Below are positions 59,836-64,000 of a stretch of 64,000 nucleotides of DNA, in pieces; position 1 is the first letter of the stretch, and every line of letters starts with the position of its first letter. Location: NCBI GenBank assembly GCA_963729605.1, contig CAVSNY010000002.1:160001-224000 (forward strand), written 5' to 3'. The position numbers were made by a program, and so were the translations under genes. Source of the stretch: an uncultured Gammaproteobacteria bacterium. GTDB lineage: Bacteria; Pseudomonadota; Gammaproteobacteria; DRLM01. Below the pieces are notes generated by a model. It was given only the letters and a program-made list of their open reading frames with translations. It was not told the DNA's origin and searched no databases.

Positions 59836-60576
59836 TCAACTCCACTGAATAGTTTCGAGATAGTGGCGCAACTGGCCCGCGGTTTTGAACTTGCGCAGAA
59901 TCAACGAACGTTTGAGCCCGCAGCAAATGTCCTTCACCTCCGGCGGTTGTTTCGCGTAGAGCTTGGCGCCGCCCACCGCGTCGTAAAACAGCCGGATCAG
60001 ATTGATGACGTCGTCGTGAATATGCTGGGGGCTGGAGGCGCCCCAGTGGAACATGTCGAGCAGTTTCAATTCAAAGCCCAGGCCGTAGCGCTGCACGATG
60101 ACGTTATCGGAATGCAGGTCGCCGTGGTATTCGCCCAGCTGGTGGATCGCCTCCATGCCCATGGCCAAGGCGTGCAGCAGATGCACCGCTTGAAAGGGAC
60201 TGAGGCGTTTGCGCGGCTGCCGTGCCAGAAAGGCGCTGAGCAATTCGCCTTCCACGAATTCCGAAACCAGAAACGTGATCGGCACGCCGCGATAGAGGAT
60301 GCTGTCCTGGGTGTAATATTGGATCACGATCGGGCACTGGCGCAGCTTGTGTAATTTTTTGGCGTAAAACACCGCGGCCTTGTCGCGTTGGTTGCGGTGA
60401 GGGAAGAAAAACTTGGCGGTGCGGTCGATGCCGGTGGCGCGTTCGCGGATCAGATATACCTCGCCCTCCCAGCCGGCGCCGAGGTGATGGACGATTTCAT
60501 AACGCCCGCGCAGCAGTTTGCCCGGCGGGAAATCAAAAGAGTCGATGCGGGGGTGTTGTTGGTTGCTCATGTCCAT
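59836..60576 (-). CDS. Atypical Hanks-like Ser/Thr protein kinase
   Basis: RYEIV..LGAGWEGEVY, TAKFF, LVSEFVEG, HGDLHSDNV, KLLDMF. Confidence 0.85.
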   Translation of the reverse strand: MDMSNQQHPRIDSFDFPPGKLLRGRYEIVHHLGAGWEGEVYLIRERATGIDRTAKFFFPHRNQRDKAAVFYAKKLHKLRQCPIVIQYYTQDSILYRGVPITFLVSEFVEGELLSAFLARQPRKRLSPFQAVHLLHALAMGMEAIHQLGEYHGDLHSDNVIVQRYGLGFELKLLDMFHWGASSPQHIHDDVINLIRLFYDAVGGAKLYAKQPPEVKDICCGLKRSLILRKFKTAGQLRHYLETIQWS

Positions 60577-60728
60577 CCGCGCTTGCCGCGCGCCGCGCCC
60601 GGCAGGGTTTTTCAGCGGAGGCGCCGCCCTTGCGCGGCGTCCCCCATGTCAAGTTTCCAGTCTGAAGCGACGATACCAAATTGCCGAGGCAGGGAGCATA
60701 ACAAGCCTTTTTTCAGGAGGCCATCCTT

Positions 60729-61382
60729 ATGAATCATCCAGGGTACACCGCCGGCGGGCACCGCGATTGGGATTTGATCGCGGCCGCGATCTTCTTCATC
60801 GCCTGTTGCCTGATCGTGAGCCTGGTGCTGCCTTACCGGCATGCCGGCGCCGGCGCTGATAAGCCGGAGGCTGAACCGGTTTCCGCCGCGCGGCCCGCGC
60901 TCATCGCCCTGATCGTCACCCCGGAACAGAAAAGCGCGGCCTTGACCGCCTACCGGCAAGGCATGTTAGCCCTGCGCGCCGCCGATTATCCGGCCGCGTC
61001 ACTCGCGTTCAAAAAGGCCTTGGAAAAATTTCCGAGCCTCGCCGAGGCCTACATCGGCCTGGGCGAGGCCAATCATTTTCTCGGCGACGATCAGGCCGCC
61101 GCGCTCAACGCCCAGCACGGTCTCGACGAACTCGCCGCCGATCGAACCGTCTCCGCGCCGGACTTGAATATCAAAGCGGCCGAGGCCTGGGCGCATCGCG
61201 TACTGGGCATGGCCTTGCTGCGGCGCGCCGAGAACGAGCTGAATCGGAACGAGGCGTCGTTGGGAAAAATGGAGGCGAATCGCGCCCGCTTTCACTGTCA
61301 GCAGGCGCTCGCGCTGGATCGGGGCGACGCCGCGGCGGAGGATTGCGAAAAAACCGCCGCGGTATGGGCGCGGCGGTCGTGA
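60729..61382 (+). CDS. Membrane-anchored TPR-repeat protein
   Basis: N-terminal TM helix, TPR-like helices (FKKALEKFPSLAEAYIGLGEA, AHRVLGMALL). Confidence 0.7.
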   Translation: MNHPGYTAGGHRDWDLIAAAIFFIACCLIVSLVLPYRHAGAGADKPEAEPVSAARPALIALIVTPEQKSAALTAYRQGMLALRAADYPAASLAFKKALEKFPSLAEAYIGLGEANHFLGDDQAAALNAQHGLDELAADRTVSAPDLNIKAAEAWAHRVLGMALLRRAENELNRNEASLGKMEANRARFHCQQALALDRGDAAAEDCEKTAAVWARRS

Positions 61383-61476
61383 CGTTCCGCGCGCCGACGG
61401 CGCACGCGGGTAGAGCGCGCGCCGGGATTCGTGGATAATGCAGCGCCAGAGCGACAACCTAAGGGGCGTGTGTTAA

Positions 61477-62531
61477 TGATCCATTTTTCGCAGAGCATTT
61501 CTCGCGGGGGGCCGCGACTCGGCGTCCGCCGCGGTCTGCTCACCCTGTGCGCGGCGGGTGTGTTGCTGGCCCTGGCCGCTTGCGCGAGCGGTCCTGATAA
61601 ACGCTTCGCCGAGGATAGGCACGCGCAGGCCAAGGCCGCCTATCTGGCCCACGACTATCAGCGCACCCTCGCCATCGTCGAGCCGCAGGCCGCCGCGGGC
61701 GCGGCCTGGGCGCAATACACCCTCGGTTTCATGTACTACTACGGACGCGGGGTCAGGATAGACCGTCCGCTGGCGCGGCAATGGATACAACAAGCGGCGG
61801 CGCAGGATTACCCGCCCGCCAAGGAAGCCTTGCGCCGTCTGCCGCCCGTGGATGTCCCCGGCGGACCCGGTGTCCGCGGCGCCACCCGCCAAGGGCGGCG
61901 ATCCGGCGCCGCCCGGGCTCGCGGCGTCCCCCGCCGCGTCCGCGCCGAATTTTCCGCCGCGTGAAATGCCGGCCGGCCAGGGGGCCGCCGCGCGGGGTGG
62001 CGGCGCAAACATGGAGACGCCGCCGCCAGCGTCCATGCCCGCCGTGCCGGAGCCGCCGCCGATCGAGCCCGTTGCCGCCGTCCCGCCGATGGAGGCATCG
62101 CCCGCGCCGATGAGCGAACCGCCGGCCGAACCCGCAGCTGCGGAGCCGGCCGAACCCCGCCCGCCTGTGGTTTCTTCCGACCCGTCACTCGTGCCCCGCC
62201 CGCCATCCCGCTTGCCGCCACGGCCGACGAGCGGGACAACCGGTGGGTCTCCCAACAAGACCCCGCCCGGGTGACCCTGCAATTGATCGGCAGCAGCGAT
62301 CGGGCGGCCATCACCCATTACCTGCGCGAGCACGCCTTGGAAAAAGAGGCCGCCTATTACATTACCAGTCGGGCCGGCCGGCCTTGGTATGTGGTGGTGT
62401 ACGGCAATTATGCTGACTTGAACGAGGCCCGCGCCGCCTTGGGCCGTTTGTCGCCGGCCTTGCGCGCCGCCTCGCCCTGGATACGCCCGTTCGCCGACAT
62501 TCAGCAACAAATCAACACCACCGTGCCCTGA
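61477..62531 (+). pseudogene. Lipoprotein with Sel1 repeat, Pro-rich linker and SPOR domain, split by about two frameshifts (likely assembly error)
   Basis: LAAC lipobox and Sel1 (AQYTLGFMYYYGRGV) in one frame, Pro/Ala linker in a second, WVSQQDPARVTLQL...WYVVVYGNY...PWIRPF SPOR domain in a third. Confidence 0.75.
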
Positions 62532-62703
62532 GCCGGGCCGCCGCGCCGCTCGTACCCTTTATCTCGCAAATTTAATCTTACAATTCCCCGCGGCTTGCCG
62601 CGGAGGGGAGATGCTCAAGGAGGCGAGGGTGTAGCGAGGGCGCGATTCCCTCCTTTGCGCAACGCGGCATACATTCCCCGTGCGCGGTCAGACCCATTTT
62701 ATT

Positions 62704-62770
62704 TAAGAAAGCGCCGACGCATTCCCTCCTGGAATTTTCAGAACACGGCCGCCGCTGTGCCGCGGCAGCG
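62704..62770. mobile_element. Partial, internally deleted copy of the MITE-like repeat
   Basis: taagaaagcgccgacgcattccctcctggaattttcagaacacgg...tgtgccgcgg matches the left end and the tgtgccgc block of 1993-2147 and 42075-42227. Confidence 0.55.
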
Positions 62771-62831
62771 GGTTTGCTGCCCGGCGGACAGCGCGCGGAG
62801 TGTGATCGAAGGCGGGTCGGCGGGCCTCTCT

Positions 62832-63971
62832 TCACAAATGGAAATAAATCCCGAGCCCGGTGTAGCGCAAGCGGTCCTGATAGAACTGGCCGTTGGGGGA
62901 AAAGCCGTGGAAGTGTTCGAGCATGATCCGGATCTCGCGGGCGCGGCGGTGGCTGAAGGCGAGGCCGATCTGGTAAGAGTGATTCCAGCGCCAGTCTCTT
63001 TCCTCGTGGGTCTGAAAGTCGGCGGCCGCTACGCCATCCAAACTGCCCAGTAAATTTTCCTTGCGGCCTTCCAGGCCGGTCTGGAAATGCCAGGGTTTGA
63101 GATCCGGTTCGCTGTTCAGGATGTAACCGCCGCCGCCGTAGACGCGAATACTGTTGAGGTCGAGGGATGCCAGCACCTCGAAGTCCTCGTAGCTGAGATT
63201 GACGCGGCGGATGCCGGGGTTGCCGAGCAGGAACTCGTCGCCCAAATGCGAGCTTTGATGGTAGATCCGCGCCAGCACGGACCACGGCCCGCTGCGATAG
63301 GAGACCGGAATTCCTATCCAGTAATCGGCGTTGACCAGATCGGCGGAAGGCGCGTCGAGATTGAACAGCCCGAACACCGCCGCCTGCAGGCCGATTTGCG
63401 ACACCGAGGCATCGCCCCACCAGCTGTTGGCGAAGCCGAAATATTCGCCGAAGGAGACCATCGCCGCGTTAAATTCACTTGTGGAGCTGTGATAGCGCTG
63501 ATAACGCATGGAGAATTGCGGCTGGCGCGGATCGGCCAGCAAGGGACCGAAGATGTCGTAGGGCGGCAGGGGTTCGATCACTGCTTCAGTCTGCACGACC
63601 GGCACGGCCGGCGCGTCATCTTCCGGCAGGCAGCTCTTTAAATCCTGCCATGCCACCCGTTTGATGCGGCCCGCGGTCAGCAGGGCCTGTTCGACGGCGC
63701 GTTGATCCGCTTCCTTCAAACAGCCTTCGGTGACCAGCAGCACCTGCTCCGCCTCCACCTTCAATACCGATACCCGCAGGCCGGCGAAGCGGCTATCCAA
63801 GATCGCGTCGGCGTAGCCCGCCAGATAACCGGGTTCGACGGCGAAGCCGATGCAAGGCGATAACAACCCGCACAGAATTCCGATTCTCGTGCTCGAACGG
63901 CGCCAACTTTTCACGACTGCCCCACCTTCCTTAGTGCTCCGTCCCCCGGCCCGGATCTGCTGCGCCATCAA
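62832..63971 (-). CDS. DUF1207-like exported / outer-membrane protein
   Basis: PLLADPRQPQF, DLVNADY, RIYHQSSHLGDE, SPNGQF, aromatic C-terminus GLGIYFHL; the true start is probably downstream of 63971. Confidence 0.75.
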   Translation of the reverse strand: MMAQQIRAGGRSTKEGGAVVKSWRRSSTRIGILCGLLSPCIGFAVEPGYLAGYADAILDSRFAGLRVSVLKVEAEQVLLVTEGCLKEADQRAVEQALLTAGRIKRVAWQDLKSCLPEDDAPAVPVVQTEAVIEPLPPYDIFGPLLADPRQPQFSMRYQRYHSSTSEFNAAMVSFGEYFGFANSWWGDASVSQIGLQAAVFGLFNLDAPSADLVNADYWIGIPVSYRSGPWSVLARIYHQSSHLGDEFLLGNPGIRRVNLSYEDFEVLASLDLNSIRVYGGGGYILNSEPDLKPWHFQTGLEGRKENLLGSLDGVAAADFQTHEERDWRWNHSYQIGLAFSHRRAREIRIMLEHFHGFSPNGQFYQDRLRYTGLGIYFHL

Positions 63972-64000
63972 AATAAAGTCAACTGATCGGTGTCGAGCCG

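Overview
High-GC proteobacterial chromosome segment, most likely from a gammaproteobacterial chemolithoautotroph. (1) 1-17.3 kb is a conserved housekeeping block: topA 5' end, smg, dprA, LysM/TsaP-like gene, def-fmt-rsmB-DUF4390-ntrYX-like-trkA-trkH-trkH, a methyltransferase, dedA and mazG. (2) 17.5-40.3 kb is a ~23 kb CO2-concentrating-mechanism island: csoS1D, cbbR, form IA cbbLS, csoS2, csoSCA, csoS4AB, three csoS1, a bfr-like gene, acRAF, mcdAB, and three different inorganic-carbon uptake families (SbtAB, DAB with a P-II gene, SulP). Inside it are an intact but apparently catalytically dead class II aldolase-Dabb fusion and a decayed second bfr fragment, and a possible integrase remnant lies at its right edge. 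(3) 40.6-64 kb is mixed accessory and core content: HPP, dps, ZIP, lipid A acyltransferase, metH, a low-GC nuclease-like gene, a multiply frameshifted catalase with an OxyR-type site, NmrA, RRM, EAL, MCP, GH13, a kinase/PP2C pair, TPR, a frameshifted Sel1-SPOR gene and a DUF1207-like gene. A ~155 bp MITE-like repeat occurs two to three times. No rRNA, tRNA or CRISPR array was seen. Clusters of single-base indels (catalase, Sel1-SPOR) may be assembly errors, so pseudogene calls need read-level checking. All family assignments come from motif recognition by eye; no database search was run.
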